DNA of 21,580 bases from Sedimentisphaerales bacterium. GTDB taxonomy: Bacteria; Planctomycetota; Phycisphaerae; Sedimentisphaerales; SM23-30. Both the position numbers and the translations under genes were made by a program. Position 1 is the stretch's first letter, and each line of letters begins with the position of its first letter. Below are positions 8,641 to 16,274 of the stretch, one piece after another. Under the pieces are notes generated by a model. The model had not been told where the DNA came from. It ran no database searches and was given only the letters and a program-made list of their open reading frames with translations. Location: the NCBI GenBank assembly GCA_963663805.2, contig CAXXMR010000021.1, positions 1 to 21,580 on the forward strand, given 5' to 3'.

Positions 8641-9528
8641 ATGAGGTTGATAAATCAGTTTTTAAATAATGTTAAAACCGAATTAGTTGCTGCTGACGCT
8701 ACGCGAGTCGGCAGTTGGTGGAATTTCAAAAATCTTAACAGTCCCTTTTCAAGGTTATATCTTGTCACGGGCGGCCAGGGATATGTGACCCACCATGGAA
8801 AGACGCATGAGCTTTCCGCCGGCACGTTGCATCTGGTACCCAGGTTTACATTTCATAGTATTGAATGCGAAGATTATATGAATCACTTCTTTCTGCATTT
8901 TTTCTTTGAAATATCCAGCGGCATAGAAATTTTTAAAATGAATGCGTACGATTACAACATAAAGCTGGAAAATTACGATATGTATTTAGCGTTGTTCAAA
9001 AGGCTGATAGACCTCAATCCCGATCGTGGAATCATAGATTTGAACGATATGTACGCAAATTACTACCAGAGAATATACAACAGTGATTACAAAATTAAAG
9101 ATGAAGAGTGCTTGGCAAATAGTATTGAAAGTGATGGCATAATCAAATTTCTGATTGCACCTATATTGCGTACCCAGAAAGAAACCGACAGTCATCTGGA
9201 GGATTTCGACAAAGCATTTGTTGAGATATTTGAATACATTGACAAAAATATCGAACGCACAATTCATATTGATGAACTTGCTGAGATTATCTATTTGAAT
9301 CCAACGTATTTTTCCGACCGGTTTCAGAAAGTGATGGGAATGCGACCCACACAGTACATTATGAAGAGAAGGGTCGAGATGGCTCAGATAATGCTGATGG
9401 ATTCTGATAAGTCTCTGAGCGAAATAGCTTATGCGACCGGATTTTGCGATTTGCCGCATTTTTCCAAAACATTCACAAAAAGACTAGGGGTAACGCCTGC
9501 TAAATACAGGCAATATTTTTACCGGTAA
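8641..9528 (+). CDS. AraC family transcriptional regulator
   Basis: Cupin-like N-terminus (PFSRLYLVTGGQG) and double HTH (ELAEIIYLNPTYFSDRFQKVMG; EIAYATGFCDLPHFSKTFTKRLGVTPAKYR). ATG 8641 follows AAAGGTGG. Confidence 0.93.
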   Translation: MRLINQFLNNVKTELVAADATRVGSWWNFKNLNSPFSRLYLVTGGQGYVTHHGKTHELSAGTLHLVPRFTFHSIECEDYMNHFFLHFFFEISSGIEIFKMNAYDYNIKLENYDMYLALFKRLIDLNPDRGIIDLNDMYANYYQRIYNSDYKIKDEECLANSIESDGIIKFLIAPILRTQKETDSHLEDFDKAFVEIFEYIDKNIERTIHIDELAEIIYLNPTYFSDRFQKVMGMRPTQYIMKRRVEMAQIMLMDSDKSLSEIAYATGFCDLPHFSKTFTKRLGVTPAKYRQYFYR

Positions 9529-9558
9529 ATTTTTATAAGATATTTAAGGTGAGTTTGC

Positions 9559-11574
9559 ATGTACAGATTGAGGTTTCGCCAGGTCCATTTGGATTTTCAT
9601 ACTTCTGAGGCGATCGACAATATTGGAAAAAACTTTGACAAAAAGCAGTTTCAGCAGGCTTTGAAAACCGGCCATGTTGACTCAATTACAATGTTTGCCA
9701 AATGCCATCATGGCTGGGCTTATTACGATTCTCAAGTCTGCCCCAAACATCCTGGTCTGAAATTTGACCTTCTCCGTCAACAGTTTGACGCCTGCAAAGA
9801 GATTGATGTCAACGTGCCTGTTTATCTTTCTGCTGGCTATGATGAAGCGGTGTGTTCTGAACACCCAGAATGGGTCACAGTATCTGCCGACCTTAAATCA
9901 CGCCAGTTATCTGTTTCATCGAAGCCTGCTTATAAGAAATTGTGTTTCAATTCTCCTTATGTGGATTATCTTTGTGAGCAAATCGAGGAAGTTCTAAGGC
10001 TTTTTCCCGATTGCAACGGTATTTTTCTCGATATTATTCATCAAGACCAATGTGTTTGTGATTATTGCAAAAACTGGATGAAGCAAAACGGTATTAGCCC
10101 AGAAAATGAACAAGATAGAAAAAAAAGTGCCGAATATGCTCTTAATCGTTATTATGAAATGACAACCGAAGCAGTTCGGTCGATTGACCCCAATATGCCT
10201 GTCTTTCATAACTCTGGCAATATCCAGCACGGTAACTGGGATGTCTTAAAACACTTTAGCCACCTGGAACTGGAGTCTCTGCCGACCGGCGGCTGGGGAT
10301 ATGACCATTTTCCGCTTTCCGCCAAATACTGCAAAAATCTCCCTTACGATTTTCTCGGAATGACAGGGAAGTTTCATACAACCTGGGGCGAATTCGGCGG
10401 CTACAAACACCCTAACGCCTTGAAATATGAATGTGCTGCCATGCTGGCCTATGGCGCAAAATGCAGCGTGGGGGACCAGTTGCATCCGCTTGGCCAAATG
10501 AATTCTACCACCTATAACCTTATCGGTCGGGCCTTTGAATATGTTGAACAATGTGAATCTTTTTGCGATAACGTTAGAAATGTTGCTGAAATTGGTCTGT
10601 TGTCAGCAAAATCTTTTCCTTACGACCAGACCTGTGAAGACCCGGACATCGGTGCGATAAGGATTTTGCTGGAAGGGCATTTTTTGTTCGATGTCATTGA
10701 CAGCCTTATGGATTTTGGCAAATATAAGGTGATCATTTTACCTGATAGTATTCAGGTCAATGAGAAGCTTAAGGCGAAACTGGATAAGTATCTCGTCGGA
10801 GGGGGTAATTTACTGTTGACCGGCCAAAGTGGACTAAACGCAAACGGAACCGATTTCCTTTTCGATATCGGTGCGACCTTCCACGGCACCAGCCAGTACT
10901 GTCCTGATTATATTTTACCTACCCAACATCTCCGGTCGGATTTTATCGATGACCCTGTCGTGATGTATATGAATTGCCAGAATATTAAAGCAGCGAAAGG
11001 TGATTCACTCGGCAAAGTAATTGAACCCTATTTTAATCGCAGTCTCGATAGATTTTGCAGCCATCAGCATACTCCATATAAGGGCGGGGCCGGTGAATAC
11101 GATTGCGGTGTAATTCACAACAATATAATGTATCTAGCCCATCCCGTGTTCAGTATTTATCGAAGTGTTGGGGCCGTGGCATATAAGGATTATGTCATAA
11201 AAGCAATCAGGCAATTACTCGGCCCAACAAGTATCCAAAGCAATCTGCCTTCAACCGCACGATTGACTCTGATGAACCAACAAGAAAATAGTCGTATGAT
11301 ATTGCATTTGCTTTACGCTAATATTATCAATCGGGGGGGACCTATGCTGCTCGACGGCGGCACCTCAAACCCACAATTCAAAGGTTTTGAGGTGATTGAA
11401 GAGCTCAATCCTTTGCATGATATTGATATAAATCTGAAAACCAAAAAAAAAATATCGAGTGTAAAATTACAACCGCAGAATCAGGAAATAAAATATAATC
11501 AAAAAGACGGCTACATAAATTTCCAGATTGAATTGCTATGCTGCCATCAGATGGTAGTTTTGGACTATAATTGA
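9559..11574 (+). CDS. GH151-like glycoside hydrolase (putative alpha-L-fucosidase; GHL6 barrel plus beta-galactosidase trimerisation-like domain)
   Basis: RFRQVHLDFHTS, VDSITMFAKCHHG, GIFLD (candidate nucleophile D158), CxCxxC, HLELESLPTGGWGY (candidate acid/base E239), GMTGKFHTTWGEFGG, SVGDQLHP. No signal peptide. Family recognised from motifs, not from a search. Confidence 0.8.
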   Translation: MYRLRFRQVHLDFHTSEAIDNIGKNFDKKQFQQALKTGHVDSITMFAKCHHGWAYYDSQVCPKHPGLKFDLLRQQFDACKEIDVNVPVYLSAGYDEAVCSEHPEWVTVSADLKSRQLSVSSKPAYKKLCFNSPYVDYLCEQIEEVLRLFPDCNGIFLDIIHQDQCVCDYCKNWMKQNGISPENEQDRKKSAEYALNRYYEMTTEAVRSIDPNMPVFHNSGNIQHGNWDVLKHFSHLELESLPTGGWGYDHFPLSAKYCKNLPYDFLGMTGKFHTTWGEFGGYKHPNALKYECAAMLAYGAKCSVGDQLHPLGQMNSTTYNLIGRAFEYVEQCESFCDNVRNVAEIGLLSAKSFPYDQTCEDPDIGAIRILLEGHFLFDVIDSLMDFGKYKVIILPDSIQVNEKLKAKLDKYLVGGGNLLLTGQSGLNANGTDFLFDIGATFHGTSQYCPDYILPTQHLRSDFIDDPVVMYMNCQNIKAAKGDSLGKVIEPYFNRSLDRFCSHQHTPYKGGAGEYDCGVIHNNIMYLAHPVFSIYRSVGAVAYKDYVIKAIRQLLGPTSIQSNLPSTARLTLMNQQENSRMILHLLYANIINRGGPMLLDGGTSNPQFKGFEVIEELNPLHDIDINLKTKKKISSVKLQPQNQEIKYNQKDGYINFQIELLCCHQMVVLDYN

Positions 11575-11583
11575 AAGGTAAAA

Positions 11584-12726
11584 ATGAATAGCAGAGCAAG
11601 AGTCGAAGCCGTTCTGAGTGGGCAGGCTCCCGATAGAACCCCTGTCGGTTTTTTTGCGATAGATTCGGACATTGCCGAGAAAGTGCTTGGCCGTCCTACA
11701 TATTGGCGTGCGAAAGCCAAATCCCAGATCGCTTTTTGGCAGAGCCGTCGCGATGAAGTAGTACAAAGCTGGATCGAAGACGGCATAGAGCTTTATAAAA
11801 AACTGGACTTTATCGATATCATCCCGGTTTGTTGTAGCGCTGCCGGTCTATGTCCCGCTAAAAATTATCAGCCCGACCCGCCCGAGCAAATTGATGAAAC
11901 CACCTGGAAAGACAAAAACGGCCAGGTGTATCGCTATTCGCCCGCGACCAAAGATATTTCTGTCATCGAAAATCCCAATACGTGGACCATGGAATTTGAT
12001 GCCGATAAAATTATCGAACAATTAAAACCGTCAGAACCTGATGATTCGATTTTTGAAGTGGTGGATGCTTTTCTGGCGGCTTTCGGCAGCGACCGGTTCG
12101 TGCTCGGCCCCAGTGCCGATGAAATGGGATGGTATCTGGTGGGTGGTTACGAGAGAGGTTTTCTTGAGTTAGCCACCCGGCCCGAACAGGTCCAGCGAGT
12201 CTATGACGCAATGGTCCAAAAAGCCTGCGAGGAAGATAAATTCTATGTAAGAGAAAATCAGGCCGGCGTTCTCTGGGGCGCAGACTACTCAGATAATAAA
12301 GGACCAATGATAAGCCCTGAGATGTTTAAGGATGTGTTTTTTGCCGGCAACAAAAAACGCATAAGCTCCATCAAGTCTCTGGGCCAGCGCGTTATGAAGC
12401 ACATGTGCGGCAACAACTGGAAACTTCTGGATATAATGGCCGAGATCGGTATTGATTGCTATCAGTCCGTCCAGGGTTCTGCCGGCATGGATATTCTCGA
12501 AGTTTATGACAAATACAGCGACAAATTTGCTGTTTGGGGCGGAACGCAGGTGGAAAATCTTATTGACGGCGATGAGCAATCTGTAAGAAATGATGTAAAA
12601 CGCGTAATGAGCAAGCTACACAACCGTCCTAAATATATTTTTGGCACCAGCCACTCCGTCGCGGTCGGCACAAAATACGATAATTTTATGGCAATGCTGG
12701 ACGAGTTCCATAAATTCTGCTGCTGA
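11584..12726 (+). CDS. Uroporphyrinogen decarboxylase/MtaA-CmuA superfamily TIM-barrel protein (not HemE)
   Basis: MNSRARVEAVLSGQAPDRTPV start, ADY...GPMISPEMFKDVF, KHMCG, YIFGTSHSV. Lacks the HemE MRQAGR motif. Confidence 0.82.
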   Translation: MNSRARVEAVLSGQAPDRTPVGFFAIDSDIAEKVLGRPTYWRAKAKSQIAFWQSRRDEVVQSWIEDGIELYKKLDFIDIIPVCCSAAGLCPAKNYQPDPPEQIDETTWKDKNGQVYRYSPATKDISVIENPNTWTMEFDADKIIEQLKPSEPDDSIFEVVDAFLAAFGSDRFVLGPSADEMGWYLVGGYERGFLELATRPEQVQRVYDAMVQKACEEDKFYVRENQAGVLWGADYSDNKGPMISPEMFKDVFFAGNKKRISSIKSLGQRVMKHMCGNNWKLLDIMAEIGIDCYQSVQGSAGMDILEVYDKYSDKFAVWGGTQVENLIDGDEQSVRNDVKRVMSKLHNRPKYIFGTSHSVAVGTKYDNFMAMLDEFHKFCC

Positions 12727-12751
12727 AGACAATTTCTATAAGGACAATATC

Positions 12752-14011
12752 ATGATTAAAAAAAGCCCGAAAGCAATATGGTATCTATGCGTTCTGTTCT
12801 TTCTAGCCACTAATAACGGCTCTCAGGCAACCTTAAAAAATGATGATTTAATTTCCCCGACGGCATCCCTGCCCACTGCCATGCCCTGGGATCTGAAGGC
12901 CTTGAGTCTGCCGCCGCAATATCAATGGTCTGACAAAGAAAGTCCAGTGTGGTCACTTTATTACAAAGGTGAAAAATATAAAGGTAAGCAGACTCGGATT
13001 TTCGCCTACTATGCCGACCCTGACACATTGAATCCCGAAAACGCAGAAGGGAAAACTTTTCCCGCGGTCGTACTGGTACATGGCGGCGGCGGACGAGCTT
13101 TTAAGCAGTGGGCGGAATTATGGGCCCAACGCGGCTACGCAGCCATCGCTATGGACCTTGCCGGTGCTGGTGCCGAGGGCAAAAAACTCCCCGACGGAGG
13201 CCCCGACCAGACCAGTCAGATGAGGTTCAGAGTCATTGACCAGCCCATAGAGGACCAATGGCCTTATCATGCCGTGGCTAATGTCATTTTAGCTCATTCG
13301 CTGATACGCAGCTTCCCGAAGGTTGACGCGAGTCGTACCGCTGTCACTGGTATCAGTTGGGGCGGTTATCTTACCTGTATTGTAGCAGGTCTGGACAATC
13401 GTTTCAGTGCTGCCGTACCGGTATATGGTTGTGGTTTTCTGTGGGAAAACAGCGCCTGGCTGAACGAATTTGAAAAAATGACACCTCAGCAAAAAGACAA
13501 ATGGGTTAAATTATGGGATCCCTCGATGTATATCGGCTCCGCGACAATGCCGATGTTTTTTGTTAATGGTACGAATGACGCTTTCTACCCGCTCGACAGT
13601 TACGCCAAAACCTATCAACTGGTAAAAAGCGATTGCAATTTTCGCATTACAACCGACATGACCCACGGCCACGACGTTGGCTGGTCGCCCCAGGAAATAG
13701 GACTTTTTGTTGACCAGTATTTAATAAATGGCATTCCGTTGCCGGTAATTATGGAGCCGAAGTTGATTAACGGTAAAATTTCTGCAAAGGTTATAGGTGA
13801 TGTCCCGCTTACTTCTGCGAATCTCCATTATACAACAGGAACCGCACCTATCAACAAGCTGGAATGGAAGACTACACCTGCCGACATTGACGCTGATATT
13901 ATTTCACTGAAGCTGCCCGATGATATGAACCTCGTTTTTTTTACTGTCACCGACAACAGAGGAGTCATCATATCAAGTAAGCTGGTTTTTTCGACAGAAA
14001 TTTCTATGTAG
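12752..14011 (+). CDS. Secreted alpha/beta-hydrolase serine esterase (acetylxylan-esterase-like)
   Basis: ATG 12752 after AAGGA; signal-like MIKKSPKAIWYLCVLFFLATNNGSQA; HGGGG oxyanion loop, GISWGG nucleophile elbow, candidate Asp in GTNDAFY and His in MTHGH. Confidence 0.85.
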   Translation: MIKKSPKAIWYLCVLFFLATNNGSQATLKNDDLISPTASLPTAMPWDLKALSLPPQYQWSDKESPVWSLYYKGEKYKGKQTRIFAYYADPDTLNPENAEGKTFPAVVLVHGGGGRAFKQWAELWAQRGYAAIAMDLAGAGAEGKKLPDGGPDQTSQMRFRVIDQPIEDQWPYHAVANVILAHSLIRSFPKVDASRTAVTGISWGGYLTCIVAGLDNRFSAAVPVYGCGFLWENSAWLNEFEKMTPQQKDKWVKLWDPSMYIGSATMPMFFVNGTNDAFYPLDSYAKTYQLVKSDCNFRITTDMTHGHDVGWSPQEIGLFVDQYLINGIPLPVIMEPKLINGKISAKVIGDVPLTSANLHYTTGTAPINKLEWKTTPADIDADIISLKLPDDMNLVFFTVTDNRGVIISSKLVFSTEISM

Positions 14012-14035
14012 TGTATACCAAATGAAGTCATACTA

Positions 14036-15155
14036 TTACTCCGGCAATTAAACATATGAATCAACTCGCTTTTGCGTATTGCACTTTTTCGTGATTGAAA
14101 AACTTTTTTACCTTCTTAGGCTTTCGTTGCAGGCTCCGCATATAAGAACTCAGATTATCCTGCAATTGTTCTTGTGACCTTGGCGCGGGCTTCTTCTTGA
14201 GTTGTTGTTTGATGTCCTGGTTGACATATTCATCGGGGTTATGTTCCGGGCTGTAAGGCGGCAGAAAGAACAGCTCGATTTTCTTTTTATGTTTAGTTGC
14301 CCACCGTTGAACCTTCTTGGCATGGTGAACTCTAAGATTATCGACAATCAAAAATACTTTTCGTTTAGCATCCTTAATGAGTCGTCGCAAAAATGTCAAA
14401 AATATATCCACCTTCAAGCCGCCTTCATAAATCATAAAACGCAATTGCCCTTTATTTGTCAGCGATGAAATCATACTTACCGAAAAACGCTGGGCTGGGC
14501 CGTAAACCGTCGGGGTTTGGCCTTTAGGAGCATAGCCCCGACCACGAGCGTCAGCACTGTTAAGCCCGGTTTCATCAGCCCATTGAATCTCAGCATCTTC
14601 CTTTTTAGCACGCTTTTCGATCTCTGGATAGGTCTCGCCCAGCCATTGCTGGACCTTTTCGGGCTGTTGCTCATAAGCTTTGCGAATCGGTTTTTGAGGT
14701 GTAAAACCCCAACGCTTAAGATATTCGCCAGCAGTGCGGATCGGCAACTTAATCGAAAATTTCTGTTCGATTAAATCCATTACCGCCTGACGATTCCACA
14801 AAGCAAATTTCAGTTTTAACTGTTCGGGATATTTGTCCCGAATCAAAACCTGAATCTCCTTTTCCTGCTCTAAAGTCAAAGTTCTGTTTTCGCCTTTTCT
14901 GCGACCTCGTTGGCCGGGCTTTAAGCCAGCCATTCCCTCAGACAAATATCGCTGCCACCATTGATTGACAGTTTGGTAAGCAATCTCAAGGATCGCCGCA
15001 ACTTCCCTTTGCTTTTTGCCGGCTTTGAGCAACTTTATGCAGGTTCGCCTCAGTTCATACTGAGCTTGCTGGTTAAGTTTTCGGGCATCTCGTTTTTCCA
15101 TTACAAAAGTATAGCAGAAAATTAATAATGTTCATCTATTTTATTGCCGGATTAA
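14036..15155 (-). mobile_element. IS630 family insertion sequence, complete (~1120 bp), with TA target duplication
   Basis: Terminal inverted repeats including the flanking TA: TATTACTCCGGCAATTAAACATATGAA (14034-14060) vs reverse complement of 15131-15157, TATTAATCCGGCAATAAAATAGATGAA; 23/27 identical. TA at 14034-14035 and 15156-15157. Confidence 0.92.
14061..15101 (-). CDS. IS630 family transposase
   Basis: N-terminal HTHs, WGFTPQKP, DDE triad in WADETG / IVDNLRVH / LPPYSPEHNPDE; single uninterrupted 346-aa ORF. Confidence 0.96.
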   Translation of the reverse strand: MEKRDARKLNQQAQYELRRTCIKLLKAGKKQREVAAILEIAYQTVNQWWQRYLSEGMAGLKPGQRGRRKGENRTLTLEQEKEIQVLIRDKYPEQLKLKFALWNRQAVMDLIEQKFSIKLPIRTAGEYLKRWGFTPQKPIRKAYEQQPEKVQQWLGETYPEIEKRAKKEDAEIQWADETGLNSADARGRGYAPKGQTPTVYGPAQRFSVSMISSLTNKGQLRFMIYEGGLKVDIFLTFLRRLIKDAKRKVFLIVDNLRVHHAKKVQRWATKHKKKIELFFLPPYSPEHNPDEYVNQDIKQQLKKKPAPRSQEQLQDNLSSYMRSLQRKPKKVKKFFNHEKVQYAKAS

Positions 15156-15248
15156 TAATCCCGGCCTTTGATTATACTTGCGACAGAGTAAAGTATGGAT
15201 TTTACTAGCAAACAAGATTGACTTTGATCTCCAGAGTAGTGTTAAAAA

Positions 15249-16103
15249 CTACTTTACAAAATCATTTTTCCTACATGTTAGAGGGGGCTGCTTCTGATGC
15301 TTCTTGAACGCACGATAGAAAGAGGATAATTCCTCAAAGCCAATTTCAAAAGCAATTGCGGAGACGGGCATATCGGTTTCCTCCAGAAGGGTTCTGGCCC
15401 GGCTACATCTGTATGAATTAATGAACTGAAGGAAACTGCTACCGTTGATTTTTCGACAAAGGTTTGTAAACTGCCTTTGGGAAACATGAGCCATTCGTGC
15501 GGCCTCGGAAAGGGTGTGCTGTTCGTGATAATATGTTTTAATATAGTCAAGAGTTGATCGAACTCTTTCCAGGCTTTCCGTTTCGGACGGAACGGTCTCC
15601 TGCTGGCTTTGCAGTTTTGCCCGGTAAAGCTGCAAAATACTGTTTGCCATTACTTGGCGTATGCCAAGCCTATAGCCGGGCGGGTGATGACTTTGTTCAT
15701 AAAGTATTTGTCTCAAATTTCGCTTGACCTGTTCCGCATAATAGAGCGGCAAAACAAACGGTTTATTGTCAGACATCAAAAAATCAAGAATATCCTGATC
15801 CATACCCTCGCGGCTGAAATACAATGAAAAAATCGTCATGCTTTTACGCGGCTGGTCGACAAGCTGGTGAATTTTCTTTTTTTTGAGAAAAATTACGCTG
15901 TTTGCCTGCAAATCATGTTGGTTATCCTTGATTATTACACGTCCTTGACCCGAAATAACATAAATTATACTGGGGCAGTTGTGCTGATGGCCGATCGTTT
16001 TGTAAACCGGTCTTTGGGTGCGACTTTCCAGCCATACTCCATGGTCTGGCAGGGGATTGTCCTGAGAATCATTCTTATTTTTTTTAAAATAAATATCAGT
16101 CAT
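15249..16103 (-). CDS. AraC family transcriptional regulator with cupin sensor domain
   Basis: HQH...IIYVISGQG...HQL cupin; C-terminal EAARMAHVSQRQFTNL and IAFEIGFEELSSFYRAFKK HTHs. Confidence 0.93.
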   Translation of the reverse strand: MTDIYFKKNKNDSQDNPLPDHGVWLESRTQRPVYKTIGHQHNCPSIIYVISGQGRVIIKDNQHDLQANSVIFLKKKKIHQLVDQPRKSMTIFSLYFSREGMDQDILDFLMSDNKPFVLPLYYAEQVKRNLRQILYEQSHHPPGYRLGIRQVMANSILQLYRAKLQSQQETVPSETESLERVRSTLDYIKTYYHEQHTLSEAARMAHVSQRQFTNLCRKINGSSFLQFINSYRCSRARTLLEETDMPVSAIAFEIGFEELSSFYRAFKKHQKQPPLTCRKNDFVK

Positions 16104-16111
16104 AACTACCC

Positions 16112-16140
16112 ATTTTATCAGATATTACATTAGTAGTCAA
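16112..16140 (-). promoter_or_regulatory. Sigma70 promoter for the AraC gene (predicted leaderless transcript)
   Basis: Minus strand: TTGACT (16140-16135), 17 nt, TAAAAT (16117-16112) with extended TG; only 8 nt from the -10 box to the ATG at 16103. Confidence 0.7.
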
Positions 16141-16143
16141 GAT

Positions 16144-16185
16144 GAATTGCCGGAAACGCAAATCCAGAATTGCCGGTAATGCCAA
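16144..16185 (+). promoter_or_regulatory. Tandem direct repeat, putative AraC-family operator
   Basis: GAATTGCCGGAAACGCAAA (16144-16162) and GAATTGCCGGTAATGCCAA (16167-16185): 16/19 identical, 23-bp period, between divergent promoters. Confidence 0.65.
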
Positions 16186-16212
16186 GACTTATGAGCAAGA
16201 TTAAAATAAAAT
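16184..16212 (+). promoter_or_regulatory. Putative activator-dependent promoter for the oxidoreductase operon
   Basis: Weak -35 AAGACT (16184-16189), 17 nt, TAAAAT (16207-16212); an alternative TAAAAT lies at 16202-16207. The -35 overlaps the end of the second direct repeat. Confidence 0.5.
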
Positions 16213-16274
16213 CGGGAATGTAATGAGGATGTGTTTTAAGGTAATTGCGAGCAGTTTCTTTTGCAGGGTTCTAA

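Noticed and set aside
8641..9528. AT-rich composition of the first AraC gene as evidence of horizontal transfer
   Set aside because: Visible by eye but not quantified, common for regulators, and no mobility signature flanks it.
11584..12726. hemE assignment for either URO-D-like gene
   Set aside because: No MRQAGR motif and no tetrapyrrole genes nearby.
12641..12751. N-terminal extension of the esterase ORF
   Set aside because: Overlaps the upstream gene by 86 nt; ATG 12752 has an SD and a signal peptide.
14041..16176. ATTGCCGG shared between the IS630 ends and the operator repeats
   Set aside because: Short word that also occurs in coding DNA (e.g. ~1742, ~19672); likely chance.
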